From Burkholderiales bacterium (lineage in GTDB: Bacteria > Pseudomonadota > Gammaproteobacteria > Burkholderiales > UBA11063), in contig JAIEPY010000021.1 in assembly GCA_019748155.1 (NCBI GenBank), forward strand, positions 2,958 to 66,957: a stretch of DNA of 64,000 nt, read 5' to 3'. A model generated the notes under the pieces. It searched no databases and was not told the origin of the DNA. It saw nothing but the letters and a program-made list of their open reading frames with translations. This document shows positions 18,200 to 28,789 of this stretch, piece by piece (position 1 is the first letter of the stretch; each line of letters opens with the position of its first letter). A program made the translations under genes and the position numbers.

Positions 18200-18829
18200 C
18201 TATTTAGTGCCAAAAATACGATCGCCAGCATCACCAAGCCCAGGAATGATATAGTCGTGATCATTTAATCCTTCATCAATCGAACCAGTGTAAATTTCAA
18301 CATCTGGGTGCGCTTGGCGAATTTTATCAACTCCTTCGGGAGCCGAGAGAATACAGACAAATTTAATATTGCTTGCGCCATACTGTTTGAGTAAATCAAT
18401 TGCCGCAATTGCCGAACCACCAGTTGCCAGCATTGGATCTAACAGGAAAACATCACGGTTTTCAATATCGCTGGGTAATTTGCAATAATATTCTACTGGT
18501 AGATGAGTGTTTGGATCGCGATACATTCCGATATGTCCAATTTTGGCATTTGGGACAAAATCCGCGATTGCATCTGCCATTGCTAAGCCAGCACGCAGAA
18601 TCGGGATTAATGCTAATTTACGCCCAGCCAGCACGGGTGCTTTAGTTTTAACCAGAGGTGTTTCAATTTCAACTAATTCAGTTTTGATATTGCGCATCGC
18701 TTCATAGCCAATCAACTGAGATAATTCATGAGTCAGTTCGCGAAATTCTTTAGTCCCGGTATTTTTATCGCGCATTATGGTTAATTTATGTTGAACTAAA
18801 GGGTGGGTGATAGTATGAACTTTTGTCAC
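18200..18829 (-). CDS. upp: uracil phosphoribosyltransferase
   Basis: Colinear with Upp (..PILRAGL.., [25 protein letters not shown]). The best start is the GTG at 18829, preceded by AGGAGCATAATC. The longer track ORF (to 18868) would overlap the upstream gene. Confidence 0.92.
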   Translation of the reverse strand: MTKVHTITHPLVQHKLTIMRDKNTGTKEFRELTHELSQLIGYEAMRNIKTELVEIETPLVKTKAPVLAGRKLALIPILRAGLAMADAIADFVPNAKIGHIGMYRDPNTHLPVEYYCKLPSDIENRDVFLLDPMLATGGSAIAAIDLLKQYGASNIKFVCILSAPEGVDKIRQAHPDVEIYTGSIDEGLNDHDYIIPGLGDAGDRIFGTK

Positions 18830-18831
18830 GA

Positions 18832-19641
18832 TTATGCTCCTGTTGATTCGTCGATTAGTGTAGTACAAGTAAGTTTTTGTTGATTGTCAGTATCTAAATA
18901 TGCGCTATCCAGACAATTATTCTGTAGTGAAACCAAGCCATAATGGTTTTGCCCATCTTGATAGCAGTCGATAATAACTCCGACTTCCTGGTTATCCATT
19001 AGTGGGCTGACTACGCTTTGTCCAACCTGTGGCTGTGTGTTGGTGGTGAATTTTGCCATGCGCCGTTTTACTTTACCCAGATAATGGGTACGGGCAACAA
19101 TTTCCTGACCAGTATAGCAGCCTTTTTTGAAATTAATTCCGCCAATTAAATCATAATTAATTTGCTGCGGTATAATTTTTTCAATTGACTCCAGATAAAT
19201 CATGGGCAATGTGTTTTCGACTAGAAATTTATGCCACGCGTTACTATCTATAGTGCTCTCTTGTGGGTTCTCGCTGATAGTAAGGTATTTATCGGCGCTT
19301 AATTGCAGATTGTGACCACCATCAATCTGGGTGTCATTTAGGTAAATTGATTTAGCGCTGATAGCTAGGGTAACTTTACTGCGTAAAATATACATTTTAA
19401 GGCGCGGTAAAATTTTATCAGCTACATCTTTGTTGGTGATTAAATAATAGCTATTTTCTTGATGTTGAGTAATGATGAAAGTGGCGAGAGTGCGCCCTTT
19501 ATTGCTTAGATGGGCGGAAAACTGCCAGGGTTTATTGTTTAGTTCACGAATATCGTTGCTAAGCTGCCCTTGCAGGTAGGTTGCGGCATCGCTGCCGCTG
19601 CATTCTAGGATGGCTAATTCTGAGTTAAGGTTTAAGGTCAT
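18832..19641 (-). CDS. ygfZ: folate-binding protein YgfZ (GcvT-like, Fe-S cluster repair / tRNA modification)
   Basis: Signature [24 protein letters not shown] near the C-terminal third. AAGGAG Shine-Dalgarno upstream. Confidence 0.75.
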   Translation of the reverse strand: MTLNLNSELAILECSGSDAATYLQGQLSNDIRELNNKPWQFSAHLSNKGRTLATFIITQHQENSYYLITNKDVADKILPRLKMYILRSKVTLAISAKSIYLNDTQIDGGHNLQLSADKYLTISENPQESTIDSNAWHKFLVENTLPMIYLESIEKIIPQQINYDLIGGINFKKGCYTGQEIVARTHYLGKVKRRMAKFTTNTQPQVGQSVVSPLMDNQEVGVIIDCYQDGQNHYGLVSLQNNCLDSAYLDTDNQQKLTCTTLIDESTGA

Positions 19642-19691
19642 GTTATTGTACTCCTTAACCCGTTATTTTAACACTTGTGGCTCTGCTTTAC

Positions 19692-20660
19692 TCAAGCTTT
19701 AAAACAAGTTACAAAATGTTCCTGAATAATTTTACCTTTTGGGCGTGATGCACGACATACATCATCTGCTTGTGGACAACGGGTACTAAACACACAGCCC
19801 TTGGGCGGATTAACCGGTGATGGTAAGTCGCCTTCGAGCAGCTGGATTTGCTTGGTTTTTTCCAGAGTTGGATTAGCAACTGGTACGGCTGACAGCAAAG
19901 CTTTAGTGTATGGATGCAAAGTGTTACTATAAATAGCTTGTTTATTACCTAGTTCCATAATATTACCCAGATACATTACCAGGATGCGGTTACAAATATG
20001 TTTTACTACGCCCAGATCATGCGAAATAAATAAAATGGTTAATTTAAGCTGCTGTTGTAATTCCTGCAATAGATTGATAATCTGCGCTTTAATTGACACA
20101 TCCAGCGCACTTACCGATTCATCACAAATCAATATCTTGGGTTCAAGAATCAATGCGCGCGCAATTCCAATCCGCTGGCATTGTCCACCGGAAAATTCTT
20201 GAGGATAGCGATTTACCTGATTTTGGGTCAAACCAACCAGCTTCATGGTTGCTAATACTTTTTGTAAAACCTGATCTTTTTTCATATCCGGATAAAGTGT
20301 TATCAGTGGCTCGGAGATGATTTCAGCAACGGTCATGCGTGGATCAAGTGCTGCAACTGGGTCTTGAAAGATAAACTGCATTTGTTTATGAACTTCATTC
20401 CATTCTTTGGAGGATGCTTTAGCCAGATCAATTTTGCCAGCAAAGAGGGCGCTACCAGAGGTGATTTTATTTAATCCACACAAAGCGCGTGCCAGAGAAG
20501 ATTTACCGCAGCCGGATTCACCAACGATACCTAAGGTTTCACCTTCAAAAACATCAAAATCAATACCATCAACCGCATGCACTACACGTTTGGCTTTGAA
20601 CATGCCACCACCTAGCTCAAAATGAACTTTGAGGTTTTTTACTTCGAGAATTTTTTTCAT
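19692..20660 (-). CDS. oppF: oligopeptide ABC transporter ATP-binding protein
   Basis: Walker A GESGCGKS, signature FSGGQCQR, Walker B ILICDE and a C-terminal oligopeptide-type Cys motif. The probable start is the ATG at 20660 ([10 protein letters not shown]), preceded by GGAGG and overlapping the oppD stop (ATGA). Confidence 0.85.
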   Translation of the reverse strand: MKKILEVKNLKVHFELGGGMFKAKRVVHAVDGIDFDVFEGETLGIVGESGCGKSSLARALCGLNKITSGSALFAGKIDLAKASSKEWNEVHKQMQFIFQDPVAALDPRMTVAEIISEPLITLYPDMKKDQVLQKVLATMKLVGLTQNQVNRYPQEFSGGQCQRIGIARALILEPKILICDESVSALDVSIKAQIINLLQELQQQLKLTILFISHDLGVVKHICNRILVMYLGNIMELGNKQAIYSNTLHPYTKALLSAVPVANPTLEKTKQIQLLEGDLPSPVNPPKGCVFSTRCPQADDVCRASRPKGKIIQEHFVTCFKA

Positions 20661-21631
20661 TGAGCTACCTCCACAGTACATTTCATAACATGCCGCGGTG
20701 CAATTTTACGTAGCGGAATCTGTCCGCTACAAGCTGGGCTTACTTTGCTGCAACGTGGTTGAAACGGGCAGCCTTGTGGTAAATGCAATAAGTTAGGTGG
20801 CTCTCCCGGAATGGTTTTGAGTTTATCCACATCATGTTCAATGTTTGGGATTGTTTCCAGTAAAGCACTGGTATAAGGATGGTAAGGAGTGGCAAAGACT
20901 TGTTCAATTGTTGCAGTTTCCATTAGCCAGCCACCATACATGACATTAACCCGGTCACAGATATTCGCTACTACACCCATATCATGGGTGATGAAGATAA
21001 TTGACATATTCATTTCTTGTTTCAGCTCTTTGAGTAGCTCCAGAATTTGTGCTTGCACCGTTACATCGAGTGCGGTAGTTGGTTCATCAGCAATAAGCAG
21101 CTTGGGCTTAGTTAATAATGACATCGCAATCATTACCCGTTGACGCATCCCACCGGAAAACTCATGTGGGTAGAGGTGAATCCGGTTTTTTGCATCAGGA
21201 ATTTTAACCTTGTCCAACATTCTGATGGCCTCATCCAAGGCTTGTTTGTAAGGCATATTTTTATGCAGCATCAAAACCTCAGTCATTTGTGAGCTGATTT
21301 TGAGGTATGGATTTAAAGATGTCATTGGGTCTTGGAAAATCATGGCAATTTGATCACCACGGAGCTTATTTAGCTTGCCAGTTGACATGCCAACCAGTTC
21401 TTGCCCGTTAAATTTTACTGAACCTTTAACCTTACCATTGCCAGCCAGTAAACCCATTAATGCCAGCATGGTTTGGCTTTTGCCCGAACCAGATTCACCG
21501 ACAATTCCGATAATTTCACTGTCATAGACTTTAAATGACAAACCGTTGACTGCGCGAACCAAGCCATCTTGAACTTTGAATTCGACTACTAAATCACGAG
21601 CTTCTAAAAGAGGAGGTTTTTTATTATCCAT
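20657..21631 (-). CDS. oppD: oligopeptide ABC transporter ATP-binding protein
   Basis: Walker A GESGSGKS, signature FSGGMRQR and Walker [13 protein letters not shown]. Confidence 0.85.
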   Translation of the reverse strand: MDNKKPPLLEARDLVVEFKVQDGLVRAVNGLSFKVYDSEIIGIVGESGSGKSQTMLALMGLLAGNGKVKGSVKFNGQELVGMSTGKLNKLRGDQIAMIFQDPMTSLNPYLKISSQMTEVLMLHKNMPYKQALDEAIRMLDKVKIPDAKNRIHLYPHEFSGGMRQRVMIAMSLLTKPKLLIADEPTTALDVTVQAQILELLKELKQEMNMSIIFITHDMGVVANICDRVNVMYGGWLMETATIEQVFATPYHPYTSALLETIPNIEHDVDKLKTIPGEPPNLLHLPQGCPFQPRCSKVSPACSGQIPLRKIAPRHVMKCTVEVAQ

Positions 21632-21640
21632 CTGTCGCTC

Positions 21641-22513
21641 CTAGCGAGGATCTAATGCATCACGTAAGCCATTGGCAAAGAATGCAAAAGAAAGTAAAGT
21701 TATAATCATCAGACCAGCCGGGAAGAGTAATAGCCACCATGCTTGCATGTTCTGCGCCCCATCCGAAATTAATAATCCCCATGAAGTCATTGGTTCAGTC
21801 ACGCCCAAGCCAAAGAAACTTAGCACGGCCGAGAGTACAATCATATTCGGTACGGTCAATGCTGCATAAACAATCACCACACCAAGTAAATTAGGGATTA
21901 CGTGACGGGTGATGATTTTGAAATTACTCACGCCTGAAACCATCGCTGCTTCAACATATTCTTTGTGTTTGATGCTCAGGGTTTGCCCACGGACAATCCG
22001 TGACATATCGAGCCAGGAAATTGCAGCAATTGCGACAAATGACAGCGCCATACTGTTACCAAAGAGAGTAATTAATAAAATACAGAAGAACAAAAATGGG
22101 ATTCCATAGAGTATATCCACAATTCGCATCATAACGGTGTCAACTTTACCACCCACATAACCTGCAATTGCACCATAGAAGATTCCGACCAATAGCACAA
22201 CAAATGCTGCAGCAAAAGCGATTTCAAAGGTTATTCGTCCGCCAATAAAAGAACGAACGAATAAATCGCGTCCTAGGCTATCGGTACCAAACCAGTGTAC
22301 CATGTTTGGCGATTGCATAATTTCGCCCCAGTTGGTCTTATCATAGCTGACACCACTAAATATTGGCACCACGATACACATTAAAGTTAAGGTAACAATT
22401 ATCAAACCGCTAGTCATTGCTAGTTTATTACGTGATAAGCGGCTGAAAACACTCCGCCAGAACCCCTTAGTTGCCGGCGCATCTATATCCAAGTTTTTAG
22501 TTTTAAAAATCAT
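21641..22513 (-). CDS. oppC: oligopeptide ABC transporter permease
   Basis: Multi-TM BPD-transport permease. The probable start is the ATG at 22513 (MIFKTKNL..), preceded by AAGGAAA. The first 19 codons of the track ORF run into the repeat element. Confidence 0.85.
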   Translation of the reverse strand: MIFKTKNLDIDAPATKGFWRSVFSRLSRNKLAMTSGLIIVTLTLMCIVVPIFSGVSYDKTNWGEIMQSPNMVHWFGTDSLGRDLFVRSFIGGRITFEIAFAAAFVVLLVGIFYGAIAGYVGGKVDTVMMRIVDILYGIPFLFFCILLITLFGNSMALSFVAIAAISWLDMSRIVRGQTLSIKHKEYVEAAMVSGVSNFKIITRHVIPNLLGVVIVYAALTVPNMIVLSAVLSFFGLGVTEPMTSWGLLISDGAQNMQAWWLLLFPAGLMIITLLSFAFFANGLRDALDPR

Positions 22514-22554
22514 GCAATAGTTTCCTTGTCTATAATGATTATTAAGATGAATTG

Positions 22555-22652
22555 TCGTAATGTGACGCAATAGCTAGGCGCAAGGCGACGAAGTGTACAT
22601 GAGAAACGTACATGAGGAGCCTTGCAACGACGTCTAGTGTGATACATTACGA
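22555..22652. repeat. palindromic intercistronic repeat element, copy 1 (oppB/oppC spacer)
   Basis: The core GCAAGGCGACGAAGTGTACATGAGAAACGTACATGAGGAGCCTTGCAACGACG is shared with the copies at 32225-32325 and 48204-48311. The outer arms TCGTAATGT / ACATTACGA are self-complementary. Confidence 0.85.
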
Positions 22653-22659
22653 ACAATTA

Positions 22660-23592
22660 TTATTGTTTAATTTTAGGATCAAGCACCATATACAATAAAT
22701 CAACAACAATATTAAACACTATCGTCAAAATACTTCCCAAAATGGTGATCGCCATAATCATATTATAATCACGATTAGTTGCGGCATTGGTCGTAAGGAC
22801 ACCCAAGCCGGGTAAAGTGAAAATTTGTTCGGTAACAACTGCACCAACTAAAATCCCGGCAAACATTGGACCAAGCAAGGATATAACGGGTAATAGTGTT
22901 GGGCGAATTGCGTGTTTGAATAGGATTTTTTTGGTTGGTAAGCCTTTAGCGCGCGCTGTGCGAATATAATTGGAATTTAGCACATCAATAATACTGCCAC
23001 GGGTAACAAAGGCAATTGTTGGCGTATAAGCTAAGATTAGCACCAGCACCGGCAAAAATAGATGAGCAATATCGCCATCACCCCAGCCACCAGCTGGTAA
23101 TAAGCGGAAAGTTACGGCAAATACCAAGACACACAAAGGTCCAGTTACCATGGTAGGTACTGCAGTGAAGAAAATATTACTCGATACGACTAATTTATCA
23201 AACCAAGAGTTTTTGTGTAATCCGGCATACGCACCGCAGATTATCCCAAAGGGTACCGCGATAACCATCGTATAGATGCTTAGGCGTAGAGTTACCCAGA
23301 AGCCACCCATATTATCTGGGAAGAGCAAATGATTGATCGGTTGCCCGAGGTATTTCATTGAGATTCCAAAACTACCATGGATAAAATCATTAAGGTAAAG
23401 CAGATATTGTTGCCACATCGGCAAATCCAGACGGTATTGCGCCATCAATGACTTAAGGGCTTCGGGAGAAAGCGCACGCTCTCCATCAAAAGGATTACCA
23501 GGTGTGATATGTACCAGAAAAAATACTAGCGTAATAATTGCCAATAAGGTTGGAATGGATACTAAAATCCGTTTAATTGCAAATTTCAACAT
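22660..23592 (-). CDS. oppB: oligopeptide ABC transporter permease
   Basis: 310-aa multi-TM permease with the N-terminal MLKFAIKRIL pattern typical of OppB/DppB. Confidence 0.85.
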   Translation of the reverse strand: MLKFAIKRILVSIPTLLAIITLVFFLVHITPGNPFDGERALSPEALKSLMAQYRLDLPMWQQYLLYLNDFIHGSFGISMKYLGQPINHLLFPDNMGGFWVTLRLSIYTMVIAVPFGIICGAYAGLHKNSWFDKLVVSSNIFFTAVPTMVTGPLCVLVFAVTFRLLPAGGWGDGDIAHLFLPVLVLILAYTPTIAFVTRGSIIDVLNSNYIRTARAKGLPTKKILFKHAIRPTLLPVISLLGPMFAGILVGAVVTEQIFTLPGLGVLTTNAATNRDYNMIMAITILGSILTIVFNIVVDLLYMVLDPKIKQ

Positions 23593-23603
23593 ATAGCGTT
23601 CCC

Positions 23604-25235
23604 TTAGTTTAATTTATACCATTTACTCATTACGTGATTAAAGTGATTATTGTCCATATCATAACCACTAACCCGCGGGCTTACCAAACGATAATAAGTG
23701 TATTGATAAAGGGGAATTATAACATAAGCATCTTGTGCAATTTTTAGCGCTTGTTTAATTAACGTAGCTCGCTTGTCTGGATCAGGAGTATTTTGAGCTT
23801 GCTGAATCAGTTGATCATAAGCAGGATTACAGTATTTAGATTTATTCAGCGGATCTTTACATAAGAATAGATTAGTATAGGCATCGACACTATCATAATC
23901 GGCAATCCAGCCATCACGAGCTACATCATAGTTAGCGGTATTGCGTGCTTGAATAAAGCTTTTCCATTCCTGATTGGCCGCAGCAGTCTTGATGCTATCT
24001 GCACCAAACACTTGTTGCCACATTGAAGCAATTGCCATCGCAATTTTTTTATGAGAGTCCATTGTGTTGTAACTAATGCTAATTTCTAGTGGGTGATTAG
24101 AACCATAACCAGCTTCTTTGAATAATTTTTTGGCTTCATTAATTTGATTAGCGTGGCTCCAACTACCCCATGCATAGTGATTATCAGCAAACTTACCATT
24201 TTCAATCGTGGAAGTAACGTAGCTATAAGATGGAACTTGGTCTTGTCCTAACACATTCTTCACTAAGGTATCACGATCAACTGCCATGGATAGAGCTTGA
24301 CGTAGTTTTGGATTATCGCGGAATTTAGGCAAGGTCATATTGAGGTCATAATAATAAAGACCTTCCATTGTAACGGTGTGCTCTTGCGTTGGATAATCTT
24401 GGCGGATGCCTTTGTATTGATCAATTGGCAAACTAGAGGTAATATCAATTTCACCAGTTTTATAACGATTGAAAGATGCATTAAAATCAACAATCGGGAG
24501 AATCTTTACTTGCTTAACGCTGACATTTTTGGCATCATAATAATTAGGATTTTTATTAAGCAACATATGCCCTTTGATTACCCATTCAGCGACGCTGTAA
24601 GCACCAGAAGTTACCATCGTTTTAGAATCAGCCCATGTCTGTCCATATTTAGTTACATTAGTTTTGGATACGGTGGCGGTATTTGGCATCGCGCAAATTT
24701 GTAAAAAGGCTGCATCAGGATGAATTAAGGTGACTTGTACTGTTTTAGCATCGAGGGCTTTAACTCCTAGTTGCTTTAGAGGTAGTTTACCTGCTCTAAT
24801 TGCGTTACCATTTACAATATTGGCTGCTAAATTAATATATGGTGAAGCAATTTTAGGGTCTGCCAGCCGTTGCCACGAAAATACCACATCATCGGCAGTA
24901 ATCGGACTGCCATCAGAGAATTTGAGTCCATCGCGTAGATGGAATGTATATATCTTACCATCGGCTGAAACATCCCATTTCTCAGCTAAGCCAGGGATAG
25001 AGTGATTGTTTTGATCAAACGAGGTTAATCCTTCAAATAAATCAAATAAAACTCTGGCGCTGGTTGTATCTTGTGCCATTACTGGGTCGATAGTTGGTGC
25101 ATCTTCGCCATTGTCAACCGTAATCAGGTTTTTATCTTTATTTGCGCTGGAACTTGTGTTATCTTTGGAGCAGGCACTCAGACTGCTTATGCTGGCAATT
25201 AGAAGTAACGCAGTCAATTTTTTGATATTTAGCAT
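23604..25235 (-). CDS. oppA: oligopeptide-binding lipoprotein (family 5 SBP), proximal copy
   Basis: 543 aa with lipobox LSAC after the signal peptide. Family-5 SBP blocks (FEGLTSFD, YTFHLRDGLKFSDG) are colinear with the adjacent paralogue. Confidence 0.85.
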   Translation of the reverse strand: MLNIKKLTALLLIASISSLSACSKDNTSSSANKDKNLITVDNGEDAPTIDPVMAQDTTSARVLFDLFEGLTSFDQNNHSIPGLAEKWDVSADGKIYTFHLRDGLKFSDGSPITADDVVFSWQRLADPKIASPYINLAANIVNGNAIRAGKLPLKQLGVKALDAKTVQVTLIHPDAAFLQICAMPNTATVSKTNVTKYGQTWADSKTMVTSGAYSVAEWVIKGHMLLNKNPNYYDAKNVSVKQVKILPIVDFNASFNRYKTGEIDITSSLPIDQYKGIRQDYPTQEHTVTMEGLYYYDLNMTLPKFRDNPKLRQALSMAVDRDTLVKNVLGQDQVPSYSYVTSTIENGKFADNHYAWGSWSHANQINEAKKLFKEAGYGSNHPLEISISYNTMDSHKKIAMAIASMWQQVFGADSIKTAAANQEWKSFIQARNTANYDVARDGWIADYDSVDAYTNLFLCKDPLNKSKYCNPAYDQLIQQAQNTPDPDKRATLIKQALKIAQDAYVIIPLYQYTYYRLVSPRVSGYDMDNNHFNHVMSKWYKLN

Positions 25236-25236
25236 A

Positions 25237-26886
25237 CTAATTGATTCCTTTTTGATTGAAATTATACCATTTACTCATTACATGATCCAAATGATTAGTC
25301 TCAGGCGTGTAGCCGCCAATATTGGGTTTGATTAGGCGAAAATAGGTATATTGATACAATGGGATGACTGCATAATCTTGCATAGCCGCTTGGAGTGCTT
25401 GACGAGTTAAATCTTCACGTTGAGCTGCATTAGGTGTATTTTGTGCTTGAAGTAAAAGCTTATCAAATGCTGGGGTGCAGGAATGTGAGTTATTTTGCGG
25501 ATTATTGCATTGATAAAGATTAGTATAACTATCGATGCTATTATAATCGGCAATCCATGCATCTCTGGCAATATCATAATCACCTTTATGGCGCGCTTGA
25601 AGGAAAGTTTTCCATTCTTGGTTGCTGGCGGCAACGGTTATACTTTTATCACCAAAAACCTGTTGCCACATTGAAGCAATTGCCAGAGCCACTTTTTTAT
25701 GCATATCGTTGGTGTTGTAACTAATTTTAATTTCTAACGGGTGCTGTTCACTATAGCCAGATTGTTTGAATAGTTCACGAGCTGTCGCGAGTTGCTGCTC
25801 ACGTGGCCACTGCGACCACTCATAGTCTAGTCCAGCATACTTACCATCGTCAATCGTATCGGTAGCGTAGGAATACAGCGGAACTTGATTCTGACCTAAA
25901 ATATCCTTGACTAATAAATGGCGATCAACTGCCATCGACAGTGCTTGACGTAGTTTAGGGTTGTTTTTGAATTTATCTGAAGTCATGTTGAAATCATAAT
26001 AGTACATACCCTCCAGTGAAACAGTATGTTCCTGATCTCCCAAAGAGGTTTTAATTGTTTTGTATTGATCTAAGGGTAATGAATAGGTAATATCTAAATC
26101 TCCAGATTTATATTGACTTAACGATGAATTATTATCTTCAATCGGCATGAATTTAATTTGATCAATTGCTACGTTTGGAGCACCATAATAATGCGGATTT
26201 TTACTTTCTAAAATATAACCTTTAACGACGTGTTCATCAAGTTTATATGCACCGGAAGTAACCATGTTTTTAGGATCTGTCCAATTAGTGGACTTATTAA
26301 CATTTGCCTGAGATACGATCCCCAGATTCCACAACGAAGCGATAGCTAGAAACGAATTGTCCGGGCGATTGAGTGAAATTTGTACCGTGTTTTTGTCTAG
26401 TGCTTTAACCCCCAATGCGCTCAGCGGTTTTTTACCTTTTATGACATCATCTGCATTGGTTAGGTTATTGATTAGAATGTTATATTTTGAAGCAACCTTT
26501 GGATCAGCAAGGCGTTGATAAGTAAAAACTACGTCATTCGCGGTAATTGGCGTACCATCAGAGAATTTAATTCCAGGTCGTAGATGAAAAGTATAAGTTT
26601 TTCCGTTTTCGCTAATATCCCATTTATCTGCTAGTCCCGGGATGATTTTATTACTTTGATCGTAGGAAGTTAAGCCTTCAAATAAATCATTCATCAAACG
26701 ATGGCTTTGGCTATCTTCTGACATTTGTGGATCCAAAGTAGCTGCATCTGCACCAAGATCTACTACAATTTTGTTTTGTGTAGCGCTGCTGTTAGCTGCA
26801 TTGTTGGTGTCTTTTTTTGACTGTTGCGAGCAGGCGGCAATTAATGAAGCCGAGCTTAATAGTAATATTAATGATTTTAATTGCAT
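25237..26886 (-). CDS. oppA: oligopeptide-binding lipoprotein (family 5 SBP), distal paralogue
   Basis: 549 aa with lipobox IAAC. It shares long identical blocks with the 543-aa copy (LRQALSMAVDR, IASMWQQVFG, VMSKWY). Confidence 0.85.
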   Translation of the reverse strand: MQLKSLILLLSSASLIAACSQQSKKDTNNAANSSATQNKIVVDLGADAATLDPQMSEDSQSHRLMNDLFEGLTSYDQSNKIIPGLADKWDISENGKTYTFHLRPGIKFSDGTPITANDVVFTYQRLADPKVASKYNILINNLTNADDVIKGKKPLSALGVKALDKNTVQISLNRPDNSFLAIASLWNLGIVSQANVNKSTNWTDPKNMVTSGAYKLDEHVVKGYILESKNPHYYGAPNVAIDQIKFMPIEDNNSSLSQYKSGDLDITYSLPLDQYKTIKTSLGDQEHTVSLEGMYYYDFNMTSDKFKNNPKLRQALSMAVDRHLLVKDILGQNQVPLYSYATDTIDDGKYAGLDYEWSQWPREQQLATARELFKQSGYSEQHPLEIKISYNTNDMHKKVALAIASMWQQVFGDKSITVAASNQEWKTFLQARHKGDYDIARDAWIADYNSIDSYTNLYQCNNPQNNSHSCTPAFDKLLLQAQNTPNAAQREDLTRQALQAAMQDYAVIPLYQYTYFRLIKPNIGGYTPETNHLDHVMSKWYNFNQKGIN

Positions 26887-27418
26887 AGTTGTGAATACTC
26901 TAAAATTTATTTAGTGATAAATTAGTACAGACAAGGGGAAAATCCTGCCGACTAAATATACTCTTCGTCTTTGAATCTTGAACTTTGTTGGATTTCAAAA
27001 AAGATTCCTTGTGTAGTTCTGACTACACCGCGGTAACACGAGTGTTCGTCTTTTTTATCAATCCTTCGCGCCCGAGAATCAAATACTGTGAGTATAGGTT
27101 TAACACTCTGGAGGTTATACTGGCAAAAACGTGAAACGTATAACTAGTCAAAAATATTGACCTACATTATATCATCTGTTGCGGATACGTAGCTCTCGAT
27201 TGTGCTTGAAATACTTGTGCATATGCTAATAAAATAAAGCAGCCATTAATAACTGATATTAAAGATTGTTGATTTTATCTGGATTTTAATTTGCTTTGGT
27301 ATATAATATCCTCTTAGTTTCTTTGCCGATTAATTAACCTTGGCAAAGTAAATGATATGTTGCATAATGCTTCATATTCTATGTGGCGTCAGTTCTAATA
27401 TAGCAATAAAGGTAAATC

Positions 27419-28771
27419 ATGGATAGTATTTTGGCAATCAGCCCTTTGGATGGTCGTTATCGGGATAAAGTTAGTGCACTAAATTCATTAGTTTCAGAGT
27501 TTGGTTTAATTAAGTTTCGTGTACAGGTTGAGGTGGAGTGGTTTAAGTTTTTGTTTAGTAAAGCAGAGTTTAATTTACCCAAATTGGGCAGCGCAGATAT
27601 TAAATTACTGGATGAGATTATTGCTAATTTTGATAGCGTGGCGGCGGCCAGGGTAAAAGAGATTGAAGCAACGACTAACCATGATGTTAAAGCTGTGGAA
27701 TACTATATCAAAGAACAGATTGCCGATAATCAATTACTTTTTGCCTATCGTGAGTTTATTCATTTTGCCTGCACTTCCGAAGATATTAATAATACCAGTT
27801 ATGCACTGATGCTAAAGGCAATAACTGAGCAAGTTTTAGTGCCGCAAGTACGTGCGATTACCGAGAAATTGACGACTCAAGCTAATGAATATCGCGATAT
27901 TGCGATGATGTGTCGTACACATGGACAAGCTGCAACGCCATCAACCATGGGAAAAGAATTTTATAATGTTGCGTATCGTCTACAACGTCAATTAACCCAA
28001 TTAACTAAACAGGAGTTTTTGGCAAAAATAAATGGCGCAGTGGGTAATTATAATGCGCATTTAGTTGCCTATCCTGAGATTAAATGGGATAAACTAGCTG
28101 AAGAGTTTGTGACACAAAGATTAGGTTTAAGCTTCAATCCATTTACCACCCAGATTGAACCACATGATTACCAAGCTGAGTTATACGATAATTTGCGCCG
28201 AATTAATATCATTTTAATTGATTTATCACGTGATTTGTGGGGTTATATTTCGTTGAATTATTTCAAGCAAAAAGTTAAAACTGGCGAAGTTGGTAGTTCG
28301 ACTATGCCACATAAAGTTAATCCAATTGATTTTGAAAATGCCGAAGGAAATTTTGGTCTGGCCAATAGTGTGCTTGGACATCTGGCAGAGAAACTTCCGC
28401 TGTCGCGCTGGCAGCGTGATTTGACTGATTCAACCGTGCAGCGTAATATCGGTGTGGGGGTTGGCTATATGGTTTTGGCGTTGAGTTCACTGGCTAAAGG
28501 TCTTGGTAAACTAGAAATCAATCAAGCGGTAATTAGTGCTGATCTGGATAATAATTGGGAGCTTTTGGCAGAGCCAATTCAGACTGTTATGCGTAAATGT
28601 GGTGTCGAAAATGCTTATGAAAAGCTGAAAGATTTGACCCGCGGTAAAAAAGTTGATGCTGAAGGTATCAAACAATTTGTGGCGTCTTTAGAGCTACCTG
28701 AAGCAGAAAAAGCTAAATTAGCCCAACTAACGCCGCATAATTATATTGGTTTAGCAGACAAGTTATTCTAA
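27419..28771 (+). CDS. purB: adenylosuccinate lyase
   Basis: 450 aa. N-terminal SPLDGRY and the fumarate-lyase signature GSSTMPHKVNP. Confidence 0.93.
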   Translation: MDSILAISPLDGRYRDKVSALNSLVSEFGLIKFRVQVEVEWFKFLFSKAEFNLPKLGSADIKLLDEIIANFDSVAAARVKEIEATTNHDVKAVEYYIKEQIADNQLLFAYREFIHFACTSEDINNTSYALMLKAITEQVLVPQVRAITEKLTTQANEYRDIAMMCRTHGQAATPSTMGKEFYNVAYRLQRQLTQLTKQEFLAKINGAVGNYNAHLVAYPEIKWDKLAEEFVTQRLGLSFNPFTTQIEPHDYQAELYDNLRRINIILIDLSRDLWGYISLNYFKQKVKTGEVGSSTMPHKVNPIDFENAEGNFGLANSVLGHLAEKLPLSRWQRDLTDSTVQRNIGVGVGYMVLALSSLAKGLGKLEINQAVISADLDNNWELLAEPIQTVMRKCGVENAYEKLKDLTRGKKVDAEGIKQFVASLELPEAEKAKLAQLTPHNYIGLADKLF

Positions 28772-28789
28772 TTTCTGAGGATAAAGAAG

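Noticed and set aside
26940-27120. The segment upstream of oppA considered as a fourth copy of the palindromic repeat family or as a riboswitch.
   Set aside because: It shares no core sequence (GTACATGAG / CAAGGC..GCCTTG) with the repeat family, and I recognised no riboswitch consensus.
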